DNA of 64,000 nt from a bacterium. GTDB lineage: Bacteria > Zhuqueibacterota > Zhuqueibacteria > Residuimicrobiales > Krinioviventaceae. Every line of letters begins with the position of its first letter. Position 1 is the stretch's first letter. Where the stretch lies: assembly GCA_963674595.2 (NCBI GenBank), contig CAXXFV010000029.1:32001-96000 (forward strand), written 5' to 3'. The notes under the pieces were generated by a model. It did no database searches. It was not told the DNA's origin and saw only the letters and a list, made by a program, of their open reading frames with translations. This document shows positions 1 to 10,632 of the stretch, piece after piece. The position numbers were made by a program, and so were the translations under genes.

Positions 1-30
1 ACGGCACAGGAGCTAACATACTCTTAATTT

Positions 31-388
31 TTGATCGTCAAGAGGTTCCGGCTTCCTGGCACAGAAAAGATTTTGGAAAAATGTTCTATTCAATATTTTG
101 CAATTGGGATGCAATCCCGGTTTCATTGGTTCCGCAGGAGATTGCAAATCCCCTGCGAGCGGAGAAAATTTAAGAACATCTATCTCCACATACCAAATCC
201 CGAAGGGATGACATTATTATAGACGCGCAATAACCAACGGATTCAATCCCGAAGGGATGACATATTTGATCGTCAAGAGGTTCCGGCCTCCTGGCGTAGT
301 AACGATTTTGGAAAAATGTTCTATTCAATATTTTGCAATTGGGATGCAATCCCGGTTTCATTGGTTCCGCAGGGGATTGCAAATTCCC
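31..388. repeat. ~120-bp direct repeat pair (31-152, 266-388) built of REP-like hairpins, separated by two AATCCCGAAGGGATGACAT copies
   Basis: Both copies read TTGATCGTCAAGAGGTTCCGGC...GGTTCCGCAGG(A/G)GATTGCAAAT; ORFs 31..222 and 257..439 are near-identical by-products. Confidence 0.85.
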
Positions 389-447
389 AACAAGGCGGAA
401 GAATCGAAAAGTAAAAGAGCTTGTAATATGGAGGCGTAAATTCTGAT

Positions 448-906
448 ATGGTAAACAATTCTTTAAACTGGGAAAAATTTTGTCCGTTGTGTATTCACTT
501 TGATACGAATATGGGTGTGTGTTCACGGATTCATGAAAACATTCACCTAAATCCGGCCAAGTTTGAAAAAAAATGCAGCGGTAAATTTTTCGAATTTGAC
601 CAAACAAAAAAAACTGAAAAAAGTAAAAAAGGAAAAGTGAGTGAGGAATTAGAGCCGGATGAAACAGACGAAATAGACGAAACAGACGAAAGCATGGAAA
701 TTATCGAGGATGAAAAAGGCGGATTTTATAATTCAAAATTTGCCAAACCATTCGGCATTTTTATGATAATCGCCACCATCGGATTAAGTATATACAGTCT
801 AAAACATTACGGTTTTGAAATTCACAACATCCGCAATATAGCTATTTTTGTGTTTTTATGTATTGCTGTCGTTCAAAGAATTTTTAAAAACGATAAAAAC
901 AAATAA
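448..906 (+). CDS. hypothetical membrane protein (N-terminal Cys cluster, acidic linker, two C-terminal TM helices)
   Basis: ORF with upstream GGAGG; CPLC..C..C motif; two hydrophobic segments. Confidence 0.65.
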   Translation: MVNNSLNWEKFCPLCIHFDTNMGVCSRIHENIHLNPAKFEKKCSGKFFEFDQTKKTEKSKKGKVSEELEPDETDEIDETDESMEIIEDEKGGFYNSKFAKPFGIFMIIATIGLSIYSLKHYGFEIHNIRNIAIFVFLCIAVVQRIFKNDKNK

Positions 907-966
907 CAACCTGTTCAGTACGGTATCGCAGGATGACTCTAAAATAACAACCAGAGTATAAAAATA

Positions 967-1491
967 ATGAAAAAATCTATTCTCATCATATCATTCCTGT
1001 TTACTGTTTCGCTGCTTTACGGGCAGGAAATAAATTTATCTGACGAGTTTTTCCATCAACTGGGATACCGCATCACCAAATCAGATACTGAAAAAACAGC
1101 ATGGGAAGAACGCGAATTCAAGTTGCTTAACAAACGGGCCATCTCCATAAAAAGCATCAACCAGGTAAAAGGCTGGGCAAACACCTGGTATCGTTATATC
1201 ATCCAAATCGAATCATTTCCCACAACGGCCCGCGCCGAACAACGGCTCAACAGGATACTGGACCTTCCCCCGGACAGTCCGCTGCATGAGGACAAATCAT
1301 TTCCATTAAGAGAAGGATTTGTGTATAAAACATATACGGTCATTCTTTCCACAGATGTGTACAAATTTTATCTTGACCCGGAGTTTAAACGAATTTTTAA
1401 ACATGTTCAACATAAAATTAAAAAAACAGAAACATCGCTTGATATAAGAGAAAAATCCAATAAACAGGAGCTAAAAGATGAAAGCAATTAA
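967..1491 (+). CDS. hypothetical secreted protein
   Basis: MKK-type signal peptide, 174 aa ORF. Confidence 0.7.
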   Translation: MKKSILIISFLFTVSLLYGQEINLSDEFFHQLGYRITKSDTEKTAWEEREFKLLNKRAISIKSINQVKGWANTWYRYIIQIESFPTTARAEQRLNRILDLPPDSPLHEDKSFPLREGFVYKTYTVILSTDVYKFYLDPEFKRIFKHVQHKIKKTETSLDIREKSNKQELKDESN

Positions 1492-3466
1492 ACTTGTTTT
1501 TGTTTGTTTGCTGATTTTTTGCAGCCGGCCTGCAAACAGCCAATCCGCATTTTCTGCGTTTCAAGAAAGCTATAAAGAAGCTGAGCAGCAACAGAAATAT
1601 CACAAATATCAGTTGTCCCAAAAAACAATAAAACCTCAAAAATATTATAAAGGTCCCGAGGTTAACATCACCATACAACTTCCTAAAGACTGGATTTCAA
1701 GTGCATGGATAGATAATCCGGGTGATAGTGAGCCAAATTTTTGGGTGTATGCTGGTGATCCCTCGGAAGAACAAATTATTTACATGTATGGCAAAACCGT
1801 TGAGGACCCCAATGTTGCAGAAAATTTCCATATTAAAGAATTCATCGAATATGGTTATGGAGGAATGGATGCAACGGAATGGAACGACAGAACCATGTAC
1901 TATACGGTAGGCCATCCAACCGACAACATAACCACAGTATCCCTTGAATGCGACATCCGGATGAGTGATAAAAAGGCCCGGCTCTCAATTACCAGCTACA
2001 GGGACGATAATTTTGTGGTGATGTATTGTGCCGCCGCATTGCCAAAGAAATTCAAAAAATCACAGGACATGTTGAACACCATTTTAAATAGCATCACCAT
2101 ATCAGGATGGGCCGGGATTGGCTCGCTGGCCCCGAAAGACAGCGATCCGAAAAAGCTGGCATTTTCCAGGCCCAGGGATGAGGTTAAACTAAACAGGACG
2201 TCGGTTACAAAAAACAAACGTTCCCTTCCGTCAGCTAAAAAATCAACAACACAGGCAGGCAGAACATCGGCACATGTTTCGCTTAAAAAAATCCAGCAGT
2301 CCGGGTCATCATTTATTCTGCAATCGACAGGGTCAGCGCCGTCCAATGCCGTTGCAGCCGGTGCGGCAGCCATCCGGTCCGCTGCTGAATATTTTGACGC
2401 ATCCCCCAAAATAGACGGCGGCATCGGCGCCAACAACAATAAAGAAGCCCAGTTATTCTTTACAGCCCGGAAAAACGGCGTTACCTATAAGGGATTGGCT
2501 GTTTCAGGCAAAACCAATAATCAAACAGGACAAACCGTAACCCTGTTTTGCGACAAGGCCGCACATTTTCAACAATCCCTTCCGGATATGTTAAACGACC
2601 ACGGCAGCCGTGGCGCATCAACATCACAAAGCCGCAAACAATTGCGGCCGGAAGACCTGCAATGGCAATGGCACCAATGCGGGTCCGGACGCGTTAAAAT
2701 GCCCCAGGGCTGGAAAATAACATTATCCGACGGAGGCATGGTCGGCGGTTCAGGTCCCCAGGGCGGATTTACATTTGGTTTTAATTTCCAGGTACGTTAT
2801 CACGGCATGTTTGATGCGATGGTGGCCAATGACAGAAATTCTGTTCTCGAAAACTATCAACCGCCCCTCCCTGCCCTGGTCCATGTTTATCCAAGAATCG
2901 TTGCCGCCAAGCTCCATTTTGCGGGTCTTGAGGCCCCCCGTATAAATATCAAGGTCCTCGATCATCGAAAGATTGCTGCCCCCCAGGGACAGGAGGCAGA
3001 ATATATTCTTTGCCGGTCAACAATAAACGGAAAAAAAGATGACAATTTTGCCCTGGTTGTTACGTCTCCTGCCGGCGGGACCGGTATGTGGCTTTACTAT
3101 CAATCCTCTGTTTCAGCGCCGGTAGGACAGTTGGAAACCAACCTGCCTGTTTTGATGGAAATATGGGCCTCCTGGGAAACGAATCCGCAGATTTTTCGGC
3201 AAAGGATCAATCAGGCGCTGCGTGATATGAATATCGCCACGGAAACAATGCAGGAAACAATTGCAGCCCGTAACAAAAGTATTTACAACATGTCGCTAAA
3301 ATGGGATGAATATATTCGTGGCGTCGGGCATTTGTTAAATACCGATACCGGCGATGTGTTTGAACTCGATTTATACAAACTAGAGAGCTACAGAGATAAT
3401 TTAAACGATGCGGCAGGTTACCAGCTTTTTCGGGTCTTTGAACCATCAGAGATGTATGAATATTAG
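1478..3466 (+). CDS. large hypothetical secreted multi-domain protein
   Basis: 662 aa ORF, signal peptide, AGGAG RBS, low-complexity S/T/K linker. Confidence 0.8.
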   Translation: MKAIKLVFVCLLIFCSRPANSQSAFSAFQESYKEAEQQQKYHKYQLSQKTIKPQKYYKGPEVNITIQLPKDWISSAWIDNPGDSEPNFWVYAGDPSEEQIIYMYGKTVEDPNVAENFHIKEFIEYGYGGMDATEWNDRTMYYTVGHPTDNITTVSLECDIRMSDKKARLSITSYRDDNFVVMYCAAALPKKFKKSQDMLNTILNSITISGWAGIGSLAPKDSDPKKLAFSRPRDEVKLNRTSVTKNKRSLPSAKKSTTQAGRTSAHVSLKKIQQSGSSFILQSTGSAPSNAVAAGAAAIRSAAEYFDASPKIDGGIGANNNKEAQLFFTARKNGVTYKGLAVSGKTNNQTGQTVTLFCDKAAHFQQSLPDMLNDHGSRGASTSQSRKQLRPEDLQWQWHQCGSGRVKMPQGWKITLSDGGMVGGSGPQGGFTFGFNFQVRYHGMFDAMVANDRNSVLENYQPPLPALVHVYPRIVAAKLHFAGLEAPRINIKVLDHRKIAAPQGQEAEYILCRSTINGKKDDNFALVVTSPAGGTGMWLYYQSSVSAPVGQLETNLPVLMEIWASWETNPQIFRQRINQALRDMNIATETMQETIAARNKSIYNMSLKWDEYIRGVGHLLNTDTGDVFELDLYKLESYRDNLNDAAGYQLFRVFEPSEMYEY

Positions 3467-3519
3467 GTATGGTACAATTAACAAGGCCCGGGATTCGTTA
3501 CTCCGCGTTTTGAGAATGT

Positions 3520-4042
3520 TTCCCGGGACGCACGTAGGCAGAGATAATTTTAACGTTATGGAAAAGGAATTTCAAGAGGATCAAACCAGGCAGGGATTAA
3601 AAACTTTACACCCCTGCCCTGCTGCACTTTTAATCCACAACCACAGACAACACATTTTGTGCGGGAAAAATGTGCTAAATTCTTTAAAAACCACTTGCAC
3701 TAATGAGCCAAAATTTGTAACATTATTTTATCAGTTCTAAAGGATTGTTTGAAGGACAATTGGGTCACACGTGGGAAAAGGTTCAGGTCCTTTAGCTGAT
3801 TTACCACACATACAAACGGGCTTTATACACACACGAGGAATAGATTGCGTCGGTCACAAAATCACATTCCTTTTGTTTCACATTCACAATTTTTGGGTTG
3901 GGTGACGTGCGTTCGGACGATGATAAATCCGCTCGTTTTGGGACTGTTTTCTGGGACGTAAGTAGACAGAGATAATTTTAGCGTCATGGAAAAGGAATTG
4001 AAAGACAATCAAACCAAGCAGGAGTTAAAAATGTAAAATCCC
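3520..4042. repeat. imperfect ~95-bp direct repeats (about 3520-3615 and 3950-4042) flanking a promoter-RNA module
   Basis: GGGACG..GTAG.CAGAGATAATTTTA.CGT.ATGGAAAAGGAATT...ATCAAACCA.GCAGG in both. Confidence 0.75.
3695..3905 (+). ncRNA. promoter + conserved structured leader/ncRNA module, copy A
   Basis: TTGCAC(3695)-17bp-TAACAT, then ATCAG..AAGGA..GGACAATTGGGTC..CCTTTAGCTGAT..ACGGG..CACACGAGGAA..GATTGCG..AATCACATTCCT shared with the other copies. Confidence 0.65.
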
Positions 4043-4213
4043 TAAATATAAGGTCGGATTGTACAATCGCACATTCGTAAAGACGCACGGCCTCTCTACC
4101 ACGACGGCAACCGCTCTCAGAACCGGCAAACGAGAAACAAGACACAGTTATTATAATTATGAGCATGGAAATATTTTAAGCTGCAAAATACAAAACAAAA
4201 ACAGGAGGTATAA

Positions 4214-4402
4214 ATGTCGAGACGTTATTTTTGTCATAAATGTAACCCCAAGCGTGACATTACTGAATTAGTAAATAAAAAATTAAACGCTAATATGTCA
4301 GTGATGAGAAATATTACTATCTCTGACGAGGATGATTACGACGAAATAATTGTTACATGCCCGGAAGGTCATAAAAATCTTTTTAAAATACCAAATTATT
4401 AG
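4214..4402 (+). CDS. small putative Zn-ribbon protein
   Basis: AGGAGG RBS; CHKC...CPEGH metal-ligand pattern. Confidence 0.6.
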   Translation: MSRRYFCHKCNPKRDITELVNKKLNANMSVMRNITISDEDDYDEIIVTCPEGHKNLFKIPNY

Positions 4403-4410
4403 GGTGAAAC

Positions 4411-5166
4411 ATGAATGAAAATGAAATTATTGAAGAGATTACAGGTGAAAATGTATCTGAAGAGCTGGAAAAGGAGGTACAAACTTATCAATCTATTTTA
4501 AGTTACGAAGCAAGTATAAAGAAAATAGACGAATTTACGAAATGGATTTTCAGTGCATCAAGTATTGTCGCGGCATTAGGCGCCGGTTTTTCATCTGTTT
4601 ATTTTAACAATTTAGAAGGTATTAGTATATTATTATTTGGAATCAGCATTTTACTTATCACCTTTGTTCTATCCCTATCTGCATTTGCCTATGCTCCCAT
4701 AATCTTTACTTACAATCCAAATAAAATAAACATTTTAAAATATATTATAGAAAAATATTTAATTCGAAGAAGAGGTCTTCAAATTCGAATAGCCGGGATA
4801 TTATTTGCCCTGGCAATATTATTGGCCGGGTTGTCACCGTTAATTACCAAAGTTTTATATAATAAAAGTTCATTGAATGTGAATTACGAATACCTGAATA
4901 ATAGCAAAGTTAAGATATCATTTTCCGGTCAAAAGTTAAAACCAAACTCACAGCTAGCAATAAATATGTTTATTGTAAAAAACAAAAAATCCGTCAAAAT
5001 TGCTTCACTTAACAGTACCATTGCCGTCGGCGGTCATTATGAAAAAGAACTTTTATTTAATAAAATGGATGACCTGTTATCGTCAGATACTTTAAATATT
5101 GACTGCACGCTTTTATATAATAATTCTATTAAAAGCGATACGACCTATTCATTATATCTGAAATAA
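4411..5166 (+). CDS. hypothetical membrane protein (about 3 TM helices plus soluble C-terminal domain)
   Basis: 251 aa ORF starting 8 nt after the Zn-ribbon gene. Confidence 0.7.
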   Translation: MNENEIIEEITGENVSEELEKEVQTYQSILSYEASIKKIDEFTKWIFSASSIVAALGAGFSSVYFNNLEGISILLFGISILLITFVLSLSAFAYAPIIFTYNPNKINILKYIIEKYLIRRRGLQIRIAGILFALAILLAGLSPLITKVLYNKSSLNVNYEYLNNSKVKISFSGQKLKPNSQLAINMFIVKNKKSVKIASLNSTIAVGGHYEKELLFNKMDDLLSSDTLNIDCTLLYNNSIKSDTTYSLYLK

Positions 5167-5304
5167 CAGAAATAAAGCAGTTGCGCAACAAGGCAATCAT
5201 ACCGGAAAATGAACCGTGTTTGCTGAGAATATAACTAAATCCAGGAGTCAGTATGTTCAAGCTCTTTTTCGGCTTATTACAATCGTTATAATTGGAACCA
5301 TGCC

Positions 5305-6515
5305 ATGAAGTTTAAATTCAAAAATCCGTTTTCTATTTTAATAATACTCTTTTTTTCATTTTTTGCTCAAGCCCAGGATTCTAAAGAGTTTAATAAATTA
5401 TACTATAAAATAACGGCGAATCCGGTTTATAATGTCAAGAAGGAAATGACTCGACAGCCATACACCAAATCTATGAATACATGAACCACGTTAAGAAATT
5501 TTTAGAAACAGAACACAAGCTTAACGGCACAGGCCAATTTCAGTTTGCCGGGAACGAATCAAACAGCAATGACCTGCTCAAGCTTAATGTTGGGTTGACC
5601 ATCGATTATGGTATATACCCCTATGAATTTGATTTTTCCAGCAAAACAAATGCTGTGCTTACAAATGGTGAGTTTCAGGAAAATGTATCCGACATTGATG
5701 TTTCATTCGATTTACACCCCTTTCACCTGCCTGATACAAGTATAAGTGATGACCATGCCGGACTAGGGTTTGAAAATTATGTGTTTCTCAAAAGGCTTAA
5801 TGACGATTTTTTAGGGATCAACCAACGTTATGAAATCGGCACCGGTTTTATTTATAACATTTATACCGGAGGATTGACGGAAACAGGCGAAAAGCATAAA
5901 AAGGACCTGGACAAAGTATCCACAATTAAAAACCAGGATTTGATAAAATTTCTTGAAACATGTACCGATGCTAAAAATAAACTTGGCTTGTCGACAGAGG
6001 AATGTGGAACGCTCAGAAAAATGGAAAATGTAATTAAAAGAACAAACAAGAAACAATACTCCAAAGTAAGGGCCGCCCTGCTGTTGGGACTTTACTATGA
6101 GATCGACGACGCAAAAGCCTATAACACCATCAGGTTCAACAATGTTGATACATTAATGACACAATCATTTGAAACAACAAACAAATTAAAAGTTTCAATA
6201 AGGCCCACATTTGCCTGGAAACCGTCAGACAAATATTCCTTTTATTGCCGGTCATATTTTAAATTTCCTTTCAAAATCACAGATAAAATTTCAGCAGGCA
6301 ATTTAATGAGTGAAAAGAAGGATATTTTTATTGATTTAAAAGCATCCCTGAATATGAAAGTCGACCAGGATTTTACAATTGGTCTGGAATACAGACTGCT
6401 TTATGATTGTGCACCCAAAAGAATATATTTATTCGAAACAAACGGCCATCCGGTATTGCTGACCGGACAAAATCATCACAGTACCTTCGGACTGGTATTA
6501 AAATATAATTTTTAG
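5305..6515 (+). pseudogene. outer-membrane beta-barrel protein (DUF481-like) split by a 1-nt frameshift near 5435-5445
   Basis: 5305..5484 encodes a signal peptide (MKFKFKNPFSILIILFFSFFAQAQD); the other frame is open from 5433 into 5481..6515, which ends in the barrel signature LKYNF. Confidence 0.6.
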
Positions 6516-7001
6516 ATGATGATATGGCGTGGATTTACAAGTTTTAAACCGCCCCAAGGGTCCGCAGGCCGGCCAGGAATTCATAATTCGATATGCAGGG
6601 CGCTGTTTACCTGCGCCCTGCTTTCTGACGGATCCCGGAACGATCAATTATTCAAATGAAACCCGATAGAACAACGCTTTTCACACACCACACACACTGA
6701 CACTCACTTTCCTCTAACCTCTTTTAGAATCCGCTTATGACATAGAACAATTCAGAAACTACCTGGTCATAAAAATTTGGATACATTCATGATCAACAAA
6801 CACTCACCAAATACAGGCGGCATGGGCATTCGCAGCCCAATGCCGTCATTGAAAAAGTTGACTCGTTATATTATCAAACCCGTTCAATGCCATGTTGTTT
6901 TATACTTGTTTCGCGCATAAAAATCAAGACTCATTACCTGATTCATAAAAAATTTAATAACGAATTCAAGACATGTAATTTTGACAAAGGAGGCGTTAAA
7001 A

Positions 7002-8411
7002 ATGAAAAAAAGAATCACATTTTTATCAGTCCTTGTTATTTTCAGTATTATTGTTTTTTTCATTCAGTGTGGCAGCTCATCGCATTTAGAGTGGGTACGC
7101 ACTTTTGGCAGCACAAAGCCCGACGCCCCATACGGTTTAGTTGCAGATAGATCGGGAGCGTATATTACCGGCTCTTATTATATTATTGAAACCGTAGATA
7201 GTTCTACTCAATGTTTAGCTTTGATGAAATACAATCCCGATGGAATTCTGGAATGGGTGGATACATATAAAAATGGTTATGCACAATCACGTCCGATATT
7301 ATACCAAAGTGGAAAAGTGAAACATATTTATCTTATGGGAATAACAAAAGCCGTAGGAGATAGTAATGACTATTTAACACAAAAATACAGGGACAATGAT
7401 GGGCTCGCATGGAGCAATGTTTACACTTACTTTGATACTATAAGAGTTGATACGACGAGAATTGATACCGTTTATATAGATAAGGATGATAATCCGCATG
7501 GACTGGCTGTAGATTCTGATGCAAATGTGTATATAACCGGGTCAAGTTATAACGACGATACGGATGAAATTCTTACAATTAAATATGATAAAAACGGCAA
7601 TGAATTATGGAAAAAGAGATACCCGGATGATGAATCTGCCAAAGCAAATGGAAGTTCAGTCGCTGTTTTGGATAATTTTGTTTATGTATTTGGAAGCATA
7701 GGTGACCCGTCGGATTTTATCACACTTAAATATGACGCTCTGGAAGGTGATTTGCTGCAAAAACATATCTTTGATAATGGTAATGGATATAGAGATGATT
7801 CTAAATCCATGGCTTTTGATAGTGATAAAAATTTGTATATAACCGGCACGGCCTGGAATGATGAAGTAGATTTATCTTTAAACAGGGACATTATAACCGC
7901 TAAATATCAAAATGGGGATTTGTCAGTTCCACCAACCATTACGAGATATAATTATGAGGATGCCGACCGGTTAGATGAAGGAATGCAAATCATAACAAAA
8001 GCAGGATTCATTTATGTGTTAGGTATCAGTTGTGGTTCGACAACAGAATCGGATATCGTATTAATAAAATATGATCCTGATTTAACGGAAGTTAAAAATG
8101 TTCGTTATAATAACACACCTGTTAATAAAGCAGATTGGGCCTATAGATTTACTATGGATGATTATGGAAATTTATATCTGGCAGGGTCCAGCCAGAGTAT
8201 TGATGATAAATTCGATATAATAACGCTAAAGTATGATGCCGATCTTGAGTTACAATGGCTCCAAAGGTATGACAGCGGCGGTATTAACGATATTGGTCTG
8301 GATATAGCCCTATCAAATATTATAACCAATCATAATGATATTTATGTGATTGGCCGGAGCGTTTCAGAATTAAATGATGCCGATCATGTGCTGCTCAAAT
8401 ACAGTGAATAA
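7002..8411 (+). CDS. SBBP/beta-propeller repeat lipoprotein
   Basis: GGAGG before ATG 7002; lipoprotein-like Cys after a hydrophobic stretch; repeated 'D..GN.YITG' and 'DIITLKYD..G...W' motifs. Confidence 0.8.
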   Translation: MKKRITFLSVLVIFSIIVFFIQCGSSSHLEWVRTFGSTKPDAPYGLVADRSGAYITGSYYIIETVDSSTQCLALMKYNPDGILEWVDTYKNGYAQSRPILYQSGKVKHIYLMGITKAVGDSNDYLTQKYRDNDGLAWSNVYTYFDTIRVDTTRIDTVYIDKDDNPHGLAVDSDANVYITGSSYNDDTDEILTIKYDKNGNELWKKRYPDDESAKANGSSVAVLDNFVYVFGSIGDPSDFITLKYDALEGDLLQKHIFDNGNGYRDDSKSMAFDSDKNLYITGTAWNDEVDLSLNRDIITAKYQNGDLSVPPTITRYNYEDADRLDEGMQIITKAGFIYVLGISCGSTTESDIVLIKYDPDLTEVKNVRYNNTPVNKADWAYRFTMDDYGNLYLAGSSQSIDDKFDIITLKYDADLELQWLQRYDSGGINDIGLDIALSNIITNHNDIYVIGRSVSELNDADHVLLKYSE

Positions 8412-8519
8412 TAATTCCAGCATCAGGGAATAAATAAAACATATAACGCCCTGTTCGTTGAAAAACGCACTTGGTTAAATTTACCCGCTCGCAGGAGATT
8501 TGCACCCCCCTGCGGGATT

Positions 8520-8575
8520 TTCGATCGACCAAGGGTTCATATCCTTGGTCGGAATAATAAGAGGGCTTTGCCCTC
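8520..8575 (+). repeat. REP hairpin flanking RAYT (TTGATCG family)
   Basis: GATCGACCAAGG..CCTTGGTCGG stem plus AGGGCTTTGCCCT second hairpin. Confidence 0.8.
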
Positions 8576-9121
8576 CTAGCTTAAACATTCCTTATTTATG
8601 GTTATAAGGGCATTATCATCCAATATCCAGTTTTGCGTGCTGCTGTATTTCCAATACTCGGGCCTTTCGACAAATCCTTTGCGAACAGGATTATTGTGCA
8701 GATAATTTAATTTTTCAAGTAACCATTTTTCAGATTTCAAAGCAACCGGATGATATTCATCTTTCCATACTTTGTATTGCTGCTTTGGCAACCGGGAAGC
8801 CGCTTTTTCAAATATATTTATAAATTGAACCCTTTTGTCATTTTCCAATAACTCCCTGACTCTTTTTGATGTATATTGGCGAAAATCTCTCATAATATTG
8901 GATAGACTTGTTTCAGGTGTGTTCCATGTTATTAAATGTATATGAGTCGGCATAATTACATATCCAATGAGAAAAAGTCCTTTGTTTGCCTGGCAATATT
9001 TTAAGCTGTCCATGATAATTTGAAAATATGATTGATTTTGAAAAATCGGCAACCAGGCTGTTAAGGTGCATGTTGAATAATAAAAATTGGTTTCCGTGTC
9101 GTATATTTTGTAACGTTTCAT
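8576..9121 (-). CDS. REP-associated tyrosine transposase (RAYT, Y1 HUH family)
   Basis: YVIMPTHIHL (HUH) and YLHNNPVRKG..P..W.YSS motifs; flanked by inverted REP hairpins. Confidence 0.92.
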   Translation of the reverse strand: MKRYKIYDTETNFYYSTCTLTAWLPIFQNQSYFQIIMDSLKYCQANKGLFLIGYVIMPTHIHLITWNTPETSLSNIMRDFRQYTSKRVRELLENDKRVQFINIFEKAASRLPKQQYKVWKDEYHPVALKSEKWLLEKLNYLHNNPVRKGFVERPEYWKYSSTQNWILDDNALITINKECLS

Positions 9122-9146
9122 TTGATAATTCTCGTTCTTTTATCTA

Positions 9147-9200
9147 AAGGCATAGCCTTTATTTTATTACGTCCGGAGGTAGGAACCTCCAGACGATCAA
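9147..9200 (-). repeat. REP hairpin flanking RAYT, inverted orientation
   Basis: CGTCCGGAGG-TAGGAA-CCTCCAGACG followed by ATCAA (reverse complement TTGATCG...). Confidence 0.8.
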
Positions 9201-9286
9201 AAACGCACCAGTGAAATAATTTTGATTTGTACAAATTAATACAAGGGCTTTGTCCTTTTAAGTTCTTTGCTATAAAGTCACAGCCT

Positions 9287-10429
9287 TTATTTCAGCAAAA
9301 TCAATCTCCTTGTTTCAGAAAAATGCTCTGTTTGCAACCGGTAAAAATACACGCCGTTTGATAATCCATTGGCCTGCCAGACTATTTGATGTTTTCCGGC
9401 GGACTGAAAACCATTAACCAGCGTTTCCAATTGCCGGCCGGCAAGGTCGTAAATTGTCAGTGTCACATGAGATGAACCCGGCAGGTTGTAGGGAATGGTG
9501 GTTGATGGATTAAACGGATTGGGGTAATTTTGCGATAAATGAAACGTCGTTTTTTTAGCCGGTCTGTGTGGCTGCGGTACAGATGTAGAATAATCCTTGC
9601 TATGATTTTTGAAAAATTCCCAGATAACATCCGTTGCTTTAATGCCGGTGGACGGCCATTCGTGCGACGAGTTGGCGATTGTATAAAGGTCAATGTCGCC
9701 GTGACTATCCAACGCATGCCAGCTTATTTTTTTAACGCCAAAAGCCACATCAACAGTATCCGGCCGGGGATTGCAGTTGTTTTCATTGGCCCATAACTGC
9801 AAAGTATAATGTACGGGGATGATAAACGCGCCTTCGTAAAGTACGACAGGATCATAAAGACTATGAAAGTGAACGATTGCCAGCGGGTATTCCGGCTCAA
9901 AACCAAAGTATGCCATTCTCCCGGCGACCGGACCGATTGCTGATATGATATGGGATAGTTCAACACCCAGATGATATACCATAAAACCACCCAGAGAAAC
10001 GCCTGTTACAAAGATTTTGCTGGAATCAATTTTGTAATGGCGGCGTAATGTATCAATAAGTACGGATACAAATTCAACATCATCCCGATTATTCGTCAGT
10101 TCTGCATAACCAGGACCGCCTATGTTCCACAGTCCGTCTATGCCGCTTGGAAAGGCGACGATAAATTTTTCGGCATCGGCTTTGGCTGTCCATTGCGGCG
10201 TAACAGACCAGGTTTCTCCGGCGCCGCCGCGGCCATGGAATCCCAGCACAAGCGGATAGGCTGTTGAATCCGAATAACCGGCGGGAAGATGCAGGTAATA
10301 GGACCGGGTGTATACGATATTCGGATCGTTTTTGTCCGTTACATAAAGCTGCGTTTCCTGAGAAAATAACAAACTGAAACAGGGAAAAATGATACCCCAA
10401 AATAATGCCGCTGCATATTTCTTGACCAT
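9287..10429 (-). CDS. PHB depolymerase/LpqC-like esterase with C-terminal secretion (T9SS/FlgD-like) domain
   Basis: PLVLGFHGRGG, GVSLGG nucleophile motif, SQNYPNPFNPSTTI C-terminal domain. Confidence 0.88.
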   Translation of the reverse strand: MVKKYAAALFWGIIFPCFSLLFSQETQLYVTDKNDPNIVYTRSYYLHLPAGYSDSTAYPLVLGFHGRGGAGETWSVTPQWTAKADAEKFIVAFPSGIDGLWNIGGPGYAELTNNRDDVEFVSVLIDTLRRHYKIDSSKIFVTGVSLGGFMVYHLGVELSHIISAIGPVAGRMAYFGFEPEYPLAIVHFHSLYDPVVLYEGAFIIPVHYTLQLWANENNCNPRPDTVDVAFGVKKISWHALDSHGDIDLYTIANSSHEWPSTGIKATDVIWEFFKNHSKDYSTSVPQPHRPAKKTTFHLSQNYPNPFNPSTTIPYNLPGSSHVTLTIYDLAGRQLETLVNGFQSAGKHQIVWQANGLSNGVYFYRLQTEHFSETRRLILLK

Positions 10430-10498
10430 TTTTTACTCCTTTCTTGTTCACCCCGGAATTGCTTTTCCGGGTGCCGACAGCCGTTTGGCTGTTTTCTC

Positions 10499-10632
10499 TT
10501 GATCGCACAAGGGTTCCACCCTTTTACGGAATAACAAAAGCGCTTGACCCTTTTAAGTGAACCAGGTTCTTTGTTATAAAGGCAACGCCTTTATTTTATT
10601 GTGTCCGTATATTGGAACCGCCGGACGATCAA
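10499..10632. mobile_element. REPIN-like inverted REP doublet
   Basis: TTGATCGC.. at 10499 and ..GGACGATCAA at 10632; internal TTCTTTG(C/T)TATAAAG segment also at about 9260, 12205 and 12480. Confidence 0.6.
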
